A DNA stretch of 63,072 nt, filler included, from Anaerolineae bacterium (GCA_029262755.1; 5 parts of 5 records of this genome joined end to end with filler, not necessarily neighbours in it); one strand, 5' to 3'; positions 8,292-17,972 are shown, counted from the first letter of the whole stretch. A program made the numbers and translations. Notes: generated from the letters alone by a model not told the origin.

Positions 8292-11200
8292 ATGAGCGCC
8301 ACACACCCATTTGGCAGCGGCAGCGGCAACACGGAGACGGGGGCGAGCGACGCGCGCCAGGCCTACCTGCGGCAGGTGGTCGAGGACGCCGCAACGCGCA
8401 AGCATTCCGGTTGGATCGCGCTGCGAGCCGGCGAAGAGTCCGCGCCCGTGCACGGCGTGTCGCTATGCCGCGCGGCGGAGCGGCTGGTGCTGGTCGGTGC
8501 TCCCGGCACAGGCAAGACCGCGATATTGCGCGAAGCGTCGGCGGAGCTTGCCCTGGATGTCTTGGCCGGCCTGGTCGAAGGGCTGCCGCTCTACCTCGAT
8601 CTGGGGCGCGCGCGTCCCGGCGAGGGGGTGGACGAGTTGGTGGGCCGTGTGCTGCGGGCGCAGGGGCTCAACCCCGCCGAGCATGAACCGACGATGTTGC
8701 TGCTCGACCATCTGGAGCTGGCGACCGACGTGTACTTGATGGACGGGCTCGAGATGCTGCTCAAGGCCGGTGGACGGGCGGGACCCGCCGTCGTGATGGC
8801 CTGTCGGAGCGGCGAGTGGGGTAGCTACAGCTCATGGTTTGCGGACGTCCAGACCGCCGCGGTGCTCCCTCTCACCAGCGCGGACATGGAGCGCGCCGCG
8901 GGCACGGCGCTCGAAGACTCCGCCGCCACCCACCTCACCCGCTGGCTGGCGCACGACGCCGAGCTGGCGGCCGCGGTCCGGCGCCCCCAGGCCGCTGCCG
9001 CGCTGTTGACGGTCGCGTCGCGCGGAGACGCCCCCTGGCGGCGTTGCGATGTGCTCGACGCCTTGCTCGACGCTGCCTTGGCCGCCGTGCCGTCGACGGA
9101 GCGCCCCGCCTACCGCGCGGCGCTCTCCGACGTGGCGCTCAGCGCCCATGGCCGCGCCTTCATCGACGGCGTCGATACGATGGCCATGGGCCTCGGCGTG
9201 ACACGCGACGCGATGATCCGCACCGGCGCCGTGGTCGCGCACGGACCTTCCCTCGAGTTTGTGGAGCCCCTGTTGGCGGTGCACTGCGCGGCCGTCGCGT
9301 TGGCGTCGCGCTTCGGCCACCAGCCGCGTGCCTTGATCGCTCGGCTGGGCGGTGCAACCTCGCCGGGCGCGGTATCGGTGCTGATCCAATTGCACGAGAT
9401 GAGCGATGACGTAGGCGCCTTCGAGGCGGCGCTGCGTGCGCTGCCCGGCGGCGAAGACATCGTAGCGCTCTGCCGGCAGCGGGCCGCAAACGCAGCGCTC
9501 GAGTCCGTCGACGCGCCGCGGGACACCGAGCAGGCGGATAGCGAGCAAGCCAATCCCACGCAGATCCATCCCGCGCCGCAGAACGCCGAGCAGGCGGTAG
9601 GCGACAGGGTCGGTGGCGACATCTCCGATAGCGACAGCGCGCACAGCGATCCGTCCGTCGAGGAACTGCCTGAACCGGCCGACGCGTACGAAGGGGTGCC
9701 TTCGGCCGTCGCTCCGGTGACCGGCGATCTCGACGCACTGCCGCCTGAAACATGGTTCGTCGATCCGATCGAGGTGCCGGCGCCCGAGGTCGCGTCGCAC
9801 ACACCGGCGGAACGCTTCGCTGCCGGGGAGGCATGGGCTGAGGCGGGCGATCTCGGTGCGGCCGCACTTGCGATGACCGCTGCGATCAACGAGGCGGAGG
9901 ACGTACCTTCCGAGTGGCTGGACCTGCTCGGCCAGGTCGAGTTGGAGCGCGGGCGGCCTGAGGTCGCCTTGCCCTTGCTCGAACGTGCGCACGGTGTGCA
10001 TGGCATGGATGCCGCGGAGGCGGCCACGCACACGCACGCCGCCGGATTGCGTCGCCTGGCCCGCGCCCAGCTTGGCCTTGGGCATGCCGAGGACGCCGCG
10101 GCGCTCTTGTCCCGCGCCGTGGGCATGGCGGGCGACGATGCGGGCGTGCTGGCCGACCTGGCCCGCGCGCGGGCGGCTGCCGGCCATCTCGCCGCGGCCG
10201 TGGACGCGATGCGCGCAGCGATCGCGCTGGACGACCTGTGGCCCGACGACCGCGCGCTGCTCGGGCGACTCGAGACGAGCCTCGCAGCGCCGAATGAGGT
10301 CGATCCGACCCCGATCGGCGACGCAGAGCCGGACGCGCTCGATCTGGCCCCGATTCGCGACGTAGATCCGGACGTGGTTGGCGAAGGCCCGATGCGCGAC
10401 GACCCGCATGCAACCGAAGAGCCCGCCACGACTGACGGGAGCCCGGAGCGGGACCCGGCAGCGCGGCCGCGAGCCGGCCACATCGATGTACTGCCCGCGT
10501 CCATCGGCGAGCACGACGGAGAAGGTGAGAGCGCGCAGAATATGGAATCCGGTGCCGAGGCTGCACCGGGAATCGTCGCGCAATCCGACGCCGAATCCGG
10601 TGCGGATTCTGAGACGGCAGCCGGGTCTCCCGTTGGAACGGAAGCTGGTGCGGTAGCCGCTGCGAAATCCGCAGATGACCTTGAATCGGACCGCGGTGCC
10701 GAGGCCGGCTACGAGCCCTCCTCCGAAGCCTCCGCCGAAACCGGCTCCGAGGCCGGGGTAGAACAAGCCGCTGCCGAGGCGCCGCTGCGACCCTCGGACC
10801 AAGCGATGGAGCCGGACCCCTCCGGCGTCGGGATCGCCGCCGCGATGAGCCAGGTGGCGCGACTCTACGCCGAGAGCGGTGAGCTGGAGGCGGCGCTGCA
10901 CGCCTATGGTCGTGCTGCCGAGGCCGTGCCGGACGATCCCGCGCCACACCGCTTCGCCGGCGACATCGCCCGGCGACTCGGACGGGTGGAGCTGGCGATC
11001 AGCCACTTGGGCCAAGCCGCCCTATTGGGCGACGGTGACGTCGCGAGCTTGCAGTCGTTGGCCGAGGCGCTGCACGAAGCCGGGCGCGACGAAGAAGCCG
11101 AAGCCGCGTTGACGGAAGCCCTCGACATCGCCCCGGATGAGACCTCGTGCCGCTGCGCGCTCTCCGCGCTGCAAGCAGCAGGCGGCCGCCACGAGGACGC

Positions 11201-14200
11201 GCTGGCCACCATGGCGCCCGCCGTCGCTCGTGCGCCGCGGGACGCCGCATTGCAGGCTATCCTCGGCGATCTGGCGCTCGGCGCAGGAGATCGTTCCGCC
11301 GCACGCGCCGCGTACGAGCAGGCGGTCGCGTCATCGCCCGGAGATGAGGCGCTGACGATGCGCCTCGCGGAACTGGTGTCCGACGAAGAGCCCCGCCGCG
11401 CGCTAGCCCTCCTCGACGGGCTCAGCGGCGTCGAGGTGCTGCGACACCGTGCGCGCATTCAAGGCGCGATCGGCGACTGGAATCGCAGCGCCCTGAGCTG
11501 GCAGGAGGCCGCGGAAAACGGGGACGACGACCCCGCGTCGCTCGTTGCGCACGCCGAGGCGCTCTGCCGCGCCGACCGGGCGCGGGATGCCGTGACGCTT
11601 CTGGAAGGCGCACAGCATGCTGCCGCGGGGGTGCTCCCGGCTGCGACGAGCGCCGTGCTGGCCCACGCACTGCAGCGTGCCGGCCGTGAGCGCGACGCCC
11701 TGGTGGCGTTCGGAACCGCCGTCGAGCGCGACGGGCTGGACGATGAGGGCCTGCTGGCCTACAGCAAGCTCGCCCTGCAACTCGGCGCCTTCGATGAGGC
11801 TATCAGCGCCGCGCAGCGTGCCGCGGCCCTTCGGCCAGGCGCGGTTGAGCCCGCCCTCGCGTTGGCGAAGGCCTACGAGAGCAATGGGCTCACCGAATCC
11901 GCGCTGCGCGCGCTGCGGGCCGCGGTGCACGCCGCACCGGATCGATCGGACCTCCGGTTGCGCCAGGCGCAACTGGAACAGGCGATGGCGCGGCCCGAGG
12001 CGGCGGTGGCCACGTTGGAGGCAGCCCTCAGCGCGTGTCCCGCGTCGGCCGCGTTGCACGGTGCGCTCGGCGAGGCACTGGCGGACGCGGGCCGTAGGGA
12101 CGAGGCCATCGAGCAACTGCAGCGCGCCACCCAGCTCGAGCCGGAGCGCGCGCGATGGGCGTTGGCTCTCGCCCGCGCCGTCCGAGCCCACGATCCCGAG
12201 CGCGCCGTCGCCCTGCTGCGCCACGCCGTGCGGCTGGCGCCGAGCGAGGCGGAGCCGCACGTGATGCTCGGCGTGCTCCTGGCCGAGCAACGCATCGATC
12301 CCGCCGCGCTCGCGGTGCTGGAGCGTGCCACGGAGCTCGCGCCGCGCGACGGAATCGTCGCGCACCGGCTCGGCGAGGTGCGGTTGCGCCTCGGCGACGC
12401 AGAGGGCGCGATCCGGGCGCTGCGACGCGCAGGGGAGTTGGATCCCAAGAGCGCGATCGTCTGGGCGTCCTTGGCCGAAGCACAGCGCCGGGCCGGACGT
12501 TTGCCCGCGGCGGAAGACAGCCTCGGCCGCGCGGTCGTCCTTGCACCGCAGGAGGCGAGCCACGCCTTCAGGCTCGGCCGGCTGCGATTGGAGCGGGACG
12601 ACGTCAGCGGCGCATTGGACAGTCTGCGACGCGGTGTTGGGATGGACGGCGAGGATGCATCCGGCCGGCTCGATCTGGGTCTCGCCCTGGAACGCAGCGC
12701 ACGCTACGCAGACGCCGTGCCGCACTTCGCGGCCGCGCTGCGCCTGAACGAGAGCTCCGCGGACGCCTCCGCCGGCCTCGGCCGGTGTCGGCTGGCCGCG
12801 GGCGAAGCGGATGCGGCGCGTGGGGCCTTGGAGCATGCGCTCCGTATCGGCACGCCGCCGAAGGGCACGTTGGAGCATCTTGCCGAAGCCTGTGCCGCGG
12901 CGGGAGACGGCGAGTCCGCGCTCACCCATGCGGCGACGGCCGTCCGCGCGGACCGCGAATCGTTGCGCGCCCGGCTGGCATTGGCACGTGCGCACGTGGT
13001 GCTCGGCGATGCGTTTGCCGCACGCGAAGCACTCGCTGAGGCTTCCCTATTGGCTACGGACGACCCGATCCTCCTGCGGTTGCGCGCCGAACTGAGCGCC
13101 ACCGTCGGCGATCCAGAGACGGCGCGCGATGCGGGCATGGAGTGGCTCGACGCCGCACCGGAGGACGCGCGCGCCGCGTTGGCGATTGCGGAACGCGCCG
13201 CCGCTTCGGGCTGGGAGCATCCCATGACCTCCGTGACGCTGGCGCCGGCCCGCGCGATCGGCGACGAAGCCGTCGCGCTGGACGCGCTACGCCGCGCCAT
13301 GGCCGACGGACGCGTGACGGGTGCGGAAGCCGCACAAGCCGCGCGCACGATGGCCATCGTGCTCGGCCGCGCCGGCGATCACGATGCGGCGCGGGCCGCG
13401 GCCGACGAGGCCGTTGCGGCGGAAGCGCACGACGCGCGCAACTTCGTCACCCAGGCGTGGACCGCGTTGCTCGACGGGGAAGGCGAGACGGCGCTGGCGG
13501 CTACGCGCCTGGCGCGAGCGCGGGGCGGAGACGACGTAGCCCTCCACGTGTTGGCCGGCCGGGCGCACCTCACGCTCGGACAGGCCGATCTGGCCGTGGC
13601 TGCGTTCCGGTTGGCCTGCGAGCGTGACGCCGACAACGGGGAGCTGCGGGTGCTGCTCGGAACGGCGCTGCAGGCGGCCGGACTCGAGGACGAGGCCCGG
13701 GCGCAGGTGCAACGGGCAGGGGAGGCGCAGCTCGACCCGGATACCCGGCGCGAGGCGGGGCGGCGCGCCCTGGCCGATGGCGACGACGAGCAAGCGCGTC
13801 TCCTGCTCGAGCCGATGCGCACCAGCGCGCCGCGCGATGCGGAAGCCATGGCTCTCTTGGCGGAGGCCCGCCTGGCGTCCGGCGATCTGGACGGATCCAT
13901 CGCAGCGATGGAGCGTGCGACACAACTGGCGCCAGAGCACGCAGCGTGGCACGCAACCCTCGCCGAGGCGTTGGCCACGCGGGGCGATCACGAGGCGGCC
14001 CTCGAACGCTACCGGCGTGCAACACGCCTGGCGCCGACGGAGCCGGACCTGGCCATCGCCGAAGCACGCACCGCGCTGCGCTGCGGTGATCAGGTCGGCG
14101 CGCGTGACGCATTGGAGGGCCTGCTCCGGCTCGAGCCGAAGCATTCCCAAGGGCAGGCGATGTTGGCACGCCTCGCCCTGGCGGATGGTCGAACGGAGGA

Positions 14201-14879
14201 AGCCAGAGAGCGGCTCGCGGCCGCGGTGGCCAGCGCGCCGGCCGAGGCAGGGCTACACCGCGAGCTCGGGCTCGTGGCCAAGAGCGTCGGTGACATGGAC
14301 GGCGCGCGCGGCGCGCTGGAAGCAGCCGCCGAGCTGGATCCGTCTTCCACCGAGACCTTCTTGGCCCTCGGGGACCTCTACATCACGGACGGCGAAGTGG
14401 ACGATGCGATCCAGGCCTTCGAACAGGCCGTTGCATCCGCGCCCGACACCGTGGACGCGCATTTGCGCCTCGGCAACGTCTGCCGCGAAGCCGGCATGGT
14501 CGAGCGCGCGCTCACGGTGCTGCGGCGGGCTTCGGAGGTCGCGCCGAACGATGCGCGGCCGCGTCACCAGCTGGGTCGCACGTTAGCGGGGGCCGGTCGT
14601 TTGAAGCAAGCGGTGGCCGCCTACGATGATGCGCTCCAGGTCGGCGACAGCCTGCCGGAACTCTACTTTGATGCCGGCGACGCATGGTGGCGGCTCCACG
14701 AATACGAGCGGGCGAAGGAGCTGCTCGAGCAGGCGCACAAGCTGAGGCCGACCCTGGAGACCAGTGGCAAGCTGGCGGCTATCAACGCCATCCGCTTCGT
14801 CGGCCGCTTCGTGCCGGCGGCGATGATGGCCGGCGCGGGTCCTGTCGAGGACGCACCCCGCCAGGGCGATGGCCGATGA
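8292..14879 (+). CDS. Giant STAND/NACHT-like NTPase plus TPR-repeat protein (~2200 aa)
   Basis: Walker A LVLVGAPGTGKT (8496-8519), Walker B-like LLLDHLE, VVMACR sensor-like motif; dozens of TPR-like repeats; acidic linkers; AGGAG upstream of the ATG. Confidence 0.85.
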   Translation: MSATHPFGSGSGNTETGASDARQAYLRQVVEDAATRKHSGWIALRAGEESAPVHGVSLCRAAERLVLVGAPGTGKTAILREASAELALDVLAGLVEGLPLYLDLGRARPGEGVDELVGRVLRAQGLNPAEHEPTMLLLDHLELATDVYLMDGLEMLLKAGGRAGPAVVMACRSGEWGSYSSWFADVQTAAVLPLTSADMERAAGTALEDSAATHLTRWLAHDAELAAAVRRPQAAAALLTVASRGDAPWRRCDVLDALLDAALAAVPSTERPAYRAALSDVALSAHGRAFIDGVDTMAMGLGVTRDAMIRTGAVVAHGPSLEFVEPLLAVHCAAVALASRFGHQPRALIARLGGATSPGAVSVLIQLHEMSDDVGAFEAALRALPGGEDIVALCRQRAANAALESVDAPRDTEQADSEQANPTQIHPAPQNAEQAVGDRVGGDISDSDSAHSDPSVEELPEPADAYEGVPSAVAPVTGDLDALPPETWFVDPIEVPAPEVASHTPAERFAAGEAWAEAGDLGAAALAMTAAINEAEDVPSEWLDLLGQVELERGRPEVALPLLERAHGVHGMDAAEAATHTHAAGLRRLARAQLGLGHAEDAAALLSRAVGMAGDDAGVLADLARARAAAGHLAAAVDAMRAAIALDDLWPDDRALLGRLETSLAAPNEVDPTPIGDAEPDALDLAPIRDVDPDVVGEGPMRDDPHATEEPATTDGSPERDPAARPRAGHIDVLPASIGEHDGEGESAQNMESGAEAAPGIVAQSDAESGADSETAAGSPVGTEAGAVAAAKSADDLESDRGAEAGYEPSSEASAETGSEAGVEQAAAEAPLRPSDQAMEPDPSGVGIAAAMSQVARLYAESGELEAALHAYGRAAEAVPDDPAPHRFAGDIARRLGRVELAISHLGQAALLGDGDVASLQSLAEALHEAGRDEEAEAALTEALDIAPDETSCRCALSALQAAGGRHEDALATMAPAVARAPRDAALQAILGDLALGAGDRSAARAAYEQAVASSPGDEALTMRLAELVSDEEPRRALALLDGLSGVEVLRHRARIQGAIGDWNRSALSWQEAAENGDDDPASLVAHAEALCRADRARDAVTLLEGAQHAAAGVLPAATSAVLAHALQRAGRERDALVAFGTAVERDGLDDEGLLAYSKLALQLGAFDEAISAAQRAAALRPGAVEPALALAKAYESNGLTESALRALRAAVHAAPDRSDLRLRQAQLEQAMARPEAAVATLEAALSACPASAALHGALGEALADAGRRDEAIEQLQRATQLEPERARWALALARAVRAHDPERAVALLRHAVRLAPSEAEPHVMLGVLLAEQRIDPAALAVLERATELAPRDGIVAHRLGEVRLRLGDAEGAIRALRRAGELDPKSAIVWASLAEAQRRAGRLPAAEDSLGRAVVLAPQEASHAFRLGRLRLERDDVSGALDSLRRGVGMDGEDASGRLDLGLALERSARYADAVPHFAAALRLNESSADASAGLGRCRLAAGEADAARGALEHALRIGTPPKGTLEHLAEACAAAGDGESALTHAATAVRADRESLRARLALARAHVVLGDAFAAREALAEASLLATDDPILLRLRAELSATVGDPETARDAGMEWLDAAPEDARAALAIAERAAASGWEHPMTSVTLAPARAIGDEAVALDALRRAMADGRVTGAEAAQAARTMAIVLGRAGDHDAARAAADEAVAAEAHDARNFVTQAWTALLDGEGETALAATRLARARGGDDVALHVLAGRAHLTLGQADLAVAAFRLACERDADNGELRVLLGTALQAAGLEDEARAQVQRAGEAQLDPDTRREAGRRALADGDDEQARLLLEPMRTSAPRDAEAMALLAEARLASGDLDGSIAAMERATQLAPEHAAWHATLAEALATRGDHEAALERYRRATRLAPTEPDLAIAEARTALRCGDQVGARDALEGLLRLEPKHSQGQAMLARLALADGRTEEARERLAAAVASAPAEAGLHRELGLVAKSVGDMDGARGALEAAAELDPSSTETFLALGDLYITDGEVDDAIQAFEQAVASAPDTVDAHLRLGNVCREAGMVERALTVLRRASEVAPNDARPRHQLGRTLAGAGRLKQAVAAYDDALQVGDSLPELYFDAGDAWWRLHEYERAKELLEQAHKLRPTLETSGKLAAINAIRFVGRFVPAAMMAGAGPVEDAPRQGDGR

Positions 14880-16600
14880 TGTCCATGCTGCCGCGCGCGG
14901 CCCGCGTCGCCGCCGCGCCCTGGGCCCGCCTCGCGCGGCATGCGCACGCGCGCTTGCGCAGCGAGCCGTGGACGATCGTTGCGCCTGCGACGTTGATCGT
15001 CAGCAGCCGGCACCGCTTGTGGCAACGCTACGGTCCCGAAGGCGTCTTCGACATTGAACGTGCGATGGGTGCGCTGTGTCGGGCCATGGCCGAACGCGGG
15101 ATAGCCGGCACGCCGCTCTACATAGACGACAGCCCGCTGCTCACGGCCTTCGGCGTACTGCCGGCCGACCCGTCGCAGCCGCGCGACATCGCGCGCGTCA
15201 TCCGCGAGGTTTCCGCGCGCATGGCGTGGACCGATGAAGAGGTGCGCGATGTCCTGCTGATCGGCGACGACGGGATCGTGCCGTTCTTCCGCCTGCCCAA
15301 CCCCTCAGACGACGACGATGAGTTTGTCGCATCCGATCATCCCTATGGTGCAGATCCCAGCCGGCCAATCGGCGAAGCCCGTGGCGTCGGGCGCATGCCG
15401 GACGCAGGCCTAGAGCCCCTTCTGGCGGCCCTTCAGGCCGCGACAGAGGCACACCGGGCCCTCGCAGCGGGGACATCCGCTGCGCTTGCCCCCACCGCAT
15501 TCGGATATTCCGCCAGCATCTGGAAGCGGGCGGCCCGCGGCGCCTTCGCCGCTGTCGGCGAAGCGCGCGCGTTGCGCCTCTCCCCCCCGCTCTCCGTGCG
15601 CGACCGGCCGCGGCCGGACGCCACGGGTCGCCTGCCACGCTTCCACTATTACAACCTGCACGGCCTCGTCGATTCGCCCGATTGGTTCGGGCAGGTCGAT
15701 CCCGCATTCCCTGCGGACTATGCGCCCTTCCCCGTGGCACTGCAGCCGGGCGACCTTCCCTCGGCCGCGGGTACGGTTGTCGTCGCGGAATGCTGCTACG
15801 GTGCGCATCTGGAAGGCCGAAGCGTTGCCGAGTCGGTGGCGCTTTCCCACATGGCGGGCGGCGCCCTGGCGTTCTTCGGGGCAACCGGTGTCGCCTACGG
15901 CGGCCTCGACGGGCCGCTCGTCGCCGCCGACCTGCTTGCCTTCCACCTATGGCGCGCATTGCTTGACGGGTTGCCCGCCGGACGCTCTTTGGCCCGAGCG
16001 AAGGCCTTGCTCGTGGCCGACGCCATGTCGCGGCAGGGCTATCTGGACGGCGAAGATGAGAAGACGGTGGCGGGCTTCGTCCTATACGGGGATCCGAGCC
16101 TGCCGCACGCGACGCCGGGCGAAGCGCAGGCCGCCGCCTTCGAGCGCGCCCCGCGTGCGCTGCGCAAACAGGCCGGCCTTCACGTCGCTGCGCCGGTGCC
16201 GATGTCGGTGGGACATGGCGCGCGGATTCCCGAAGCGTGCACCGTCGGCAAGGGCGTCGCCGCGCTGACGATGCAGACGACGCGGCCGGGTAGCCCGCTC
16301 GCGGATGAAGCGGAGCGTAGGGCGGTCGAACAAGCGCGGCGCGTGGTGAGCAAGCAGTTGCCCGGCTTCGGCGGTTCTGACGTTCGCGTCAGCGTCGGCC
16401 GATCCGGGAGAGAAGGCAAGGCGCTGGCCAAGGGTTTGCCCGATCCGTCCCGCGTTTCCGCGGGATCGGCCGGCGGCGCGCCTCACGTAATCACCCTCGC
16501 GCGGTCTATTCCAACATGTGCAGGACCCCTGTGCCGCACCGTGGTGCGTGTCACCGTCGATCAGGGCGGACACGTGCGCAAGATGAGCGTCTCACGCTGA
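14876..16600 (+). CDS. Cytoplasmic peptidase C25 (gingipain/caspase-fold) family Cys protease
   Basis: VLLIGDDGIVPF, SDHPYG, VGRMP, NLHG (His), ECCYG (Cys), VLYGDP; no signal peptide; ATGA overlap with the upstream stop. Confidence 0.8.
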   Translation: MMSMLPRAARVAAAPWARLARHAHARLRSEPWTIVAPATLIVSSRHRLWQRYGPEGVFDIERAMGALCRAMAERGIAGTPLYIDDSPLLTAFGVLPADPSQPRDIARVIREVSARMAWTDEEVRDVLLIGDDGIVPFFRLPNPSDDDDEFVASDHPYGADPSRPIGEARGVGRMPDAGLEPLLAALQAATEAHRALAAGTSAALAPTAFGYSASIWKRAARGAFAAVGEARALRLSPPLSVRDRPRPDATGRLPRFHYYNLHGLVDSPDWFGQVDPAFPADYAPFPVALQPGDLPSAAGTVVVAECCYGAHLEGRSVAESVALSHMAGGALAFFGATGVAYGGLDGPLVAADLLAFHLWRALLDGLPAGRSLARAKALLVADAMSRQGYLDGEDEKTVAGFVLYGDPSLPHATPGEAQAAAFERAPRALRKQAGLHVAAPVPMSVGHGARIPEACTVGKGVAALTMQTTRPGSPLADEAERRAVEQARRVVSKQLPGFGGSDVRVSVGRSGREGKALAKGLPDPSRVSAGSAGGAPHVITLARSIPTCAGPLCRTVVRVTVDQGGHVRKMSVSR

Positions 16601-16637
16601 ACGTCACGGGCCCAATTGGAGCCCGTACCGGAGGATC

Positions 16638-17858
16638 GTGCCGCCCATGAAGAGCCACCCGAACCCCGACGTCCCTGCCCGCCCGACGATTACGGTCGTC
16701 GGCGTCGGCGGGGCCGGTGTGAACAGCGTCGCACACCTTCACGACTCCGGCCTACCGGGCGTCACGCTCGTGGCCATCGATAGCAGCAACCAATCCCTCG
16801 CCCGTCTTAGCACCAGCCGGCACGCGTCCGTGCAGCGCGTGCTGCTCGCCAGCCGCACGCGCGGCCTGGGAGCCGGACGCGATGCCGTGATGGGGGCGTT
16901 GGCCGCGCGCGCCGATTCCGACGCGATTCTAGCGGCGCTCGGGCAACCGGACATCGTCTTCCTTGTCGCGGGCGTGGCCGGGGGAACCGGCGGCGGCGCT
17001 TCACCCGTGATCGCAGCGCTTGCGAAGGAGACGGGTGCTTTGGTGGTCGGTTGCGCCGTCCTGCCGTTTGGATTCGAACCCCCTCGCCGGCACGAAGCCG
17101 CCGCTGTGGCAAGAGCGGCCCTGGCCGAAGCGTGCGACGCCTGGCTGGTCCTGGACAACCGGAAGGCGGTCGATGTGGCCGGCAAGGCGATCGGCTTGGA
17201 CGGCGCCCTGCGCGTGGCGGACGACGTGTTGCGCCAGGCCGTGCAGGGGCTGGCCGAGATGGTCGGCGATCAGGGAACGATCGACGTCGATCTGCCCGCG
17301 GTCCGCGCGGTGCTGACCGGAGCCGGGAGGGCGTGCGTCGCCTTGGGCGCCTGTTGCCGTCGTCGGAGCTCGGCGTGGCCGGCGCGCGATGCAATGCGGG
17401 CCGCGCTCGAGAGCCCCCTATGCGATATGCGCGGCCTTGCCCACGCCAAGGGCGTGCTCCTTCAGATCAGCGGCGGCGTCGGGCTGTGCATCGACGATGC
17501 GGCGGCCGCGGTCGCGCTGCTGGAAACCAGGGTCCCCGCCACGTGCCGGGTGCTCGTCGGCGTGGCCTGTCGGGAGGGGCTCGGGGGTAGTGCACAGGTC
17601 ATGCTGCTCGGCACGGGGCTGTGCACGAGCGCGGTTTCGACGGAAGCGGATACAGACATCGCCCGGGGCGCCTCCGCTGCCTCCGGCACCATGCTGCCCG
17701 CGCCGCTGTCGTGGAGCAGCGCACTGGATTCGCGAACGCGTCCGGCAGCGGAGCACGCGCCTGCTGCGGAGCGCCCGAACGTCGGCCGTAGCGAAGGCCG
17801 GCGCGACAACGTCCCTGAGCCGGCGCATCACGGCGCCGCCTTCCGGGCGGTGAGCTGA
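16638..17858 (+). CDS. ftsZ: Divergent FtsZ paralog (tubulin/FtsZ GTPase family)
   Basis: ITVVGVGGAGVN, TRGLGAG, AGVAGGTGGGASP, PFGFE, LDN, IDVDLPAV; GGAGGA RBS; not in a dcw cluster. Confidence 0.85.
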   Translation: MPPMKSHPNPDVPARPTITVVGVGGAGVNSVAHLHDSGLPGVTLVAIDSSNQSLARLSTSRHASVQRVLLASRTRGLGAGRDAVMGALAARADSDAILAALGQPDIVFLVAGVAGGTGGGASPVIAALAKETGALVVGCAVLPFGFEPPRRHEAAAVARAALAEACDAWLVLDNRKAVDVAGKAIGLDGALRVADDVLRQAVQGLAEMVGDQGTIDVDLPAVRAVLTGAGRACVALGACCRRRSSAWPARDAMRAALESPLCDMRGLAHAKGVLLQISGGVGLCIDDAAAAVALLETRVPATCRVLVGVACREGLGGSAQVMLLGTGLCTSAVSTEADTDIARGASAASGTMLPAPLSWSSALDSRTRPAAEHAPAAERPNVGRSEGRRDNVPEPAHHGAAFRAVS

Positions 17859-17871
17859 TATGGCGGGCGAT

Positions 17872-17971
17872 NNNNNNNNNNNNNNNNNNNNNNNNNNNNN
17901 NNNNNNNNNNNNNNNTTAATTAATTAANNNNNNNNNNNNNNNNNNNNNNNNNNNNNNNNNNNNNNNNNNNN
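17872..17971. other. Artificial contig spacer
   Basis: N44-TTAATTAATTAA-N44 (stops in all frames). Confidence 0.98.
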
Positions 17972-17972
17972 G

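Noticed and set aside
8832..14586. Long antisense and alternate-frame ORFs over the TPR gene (and many similar ones elsewhere)
   Set aside because: Arg/Pro/Ala-rich shadow ORFs expected in very GC-rich DNA; no motifs, and they overlap well-supported genes.
17916..17927. TTAATTAATTAA recurring four times within N runs
   Set aside because: Artificial all-frame-stop linker, not a biological repeat.
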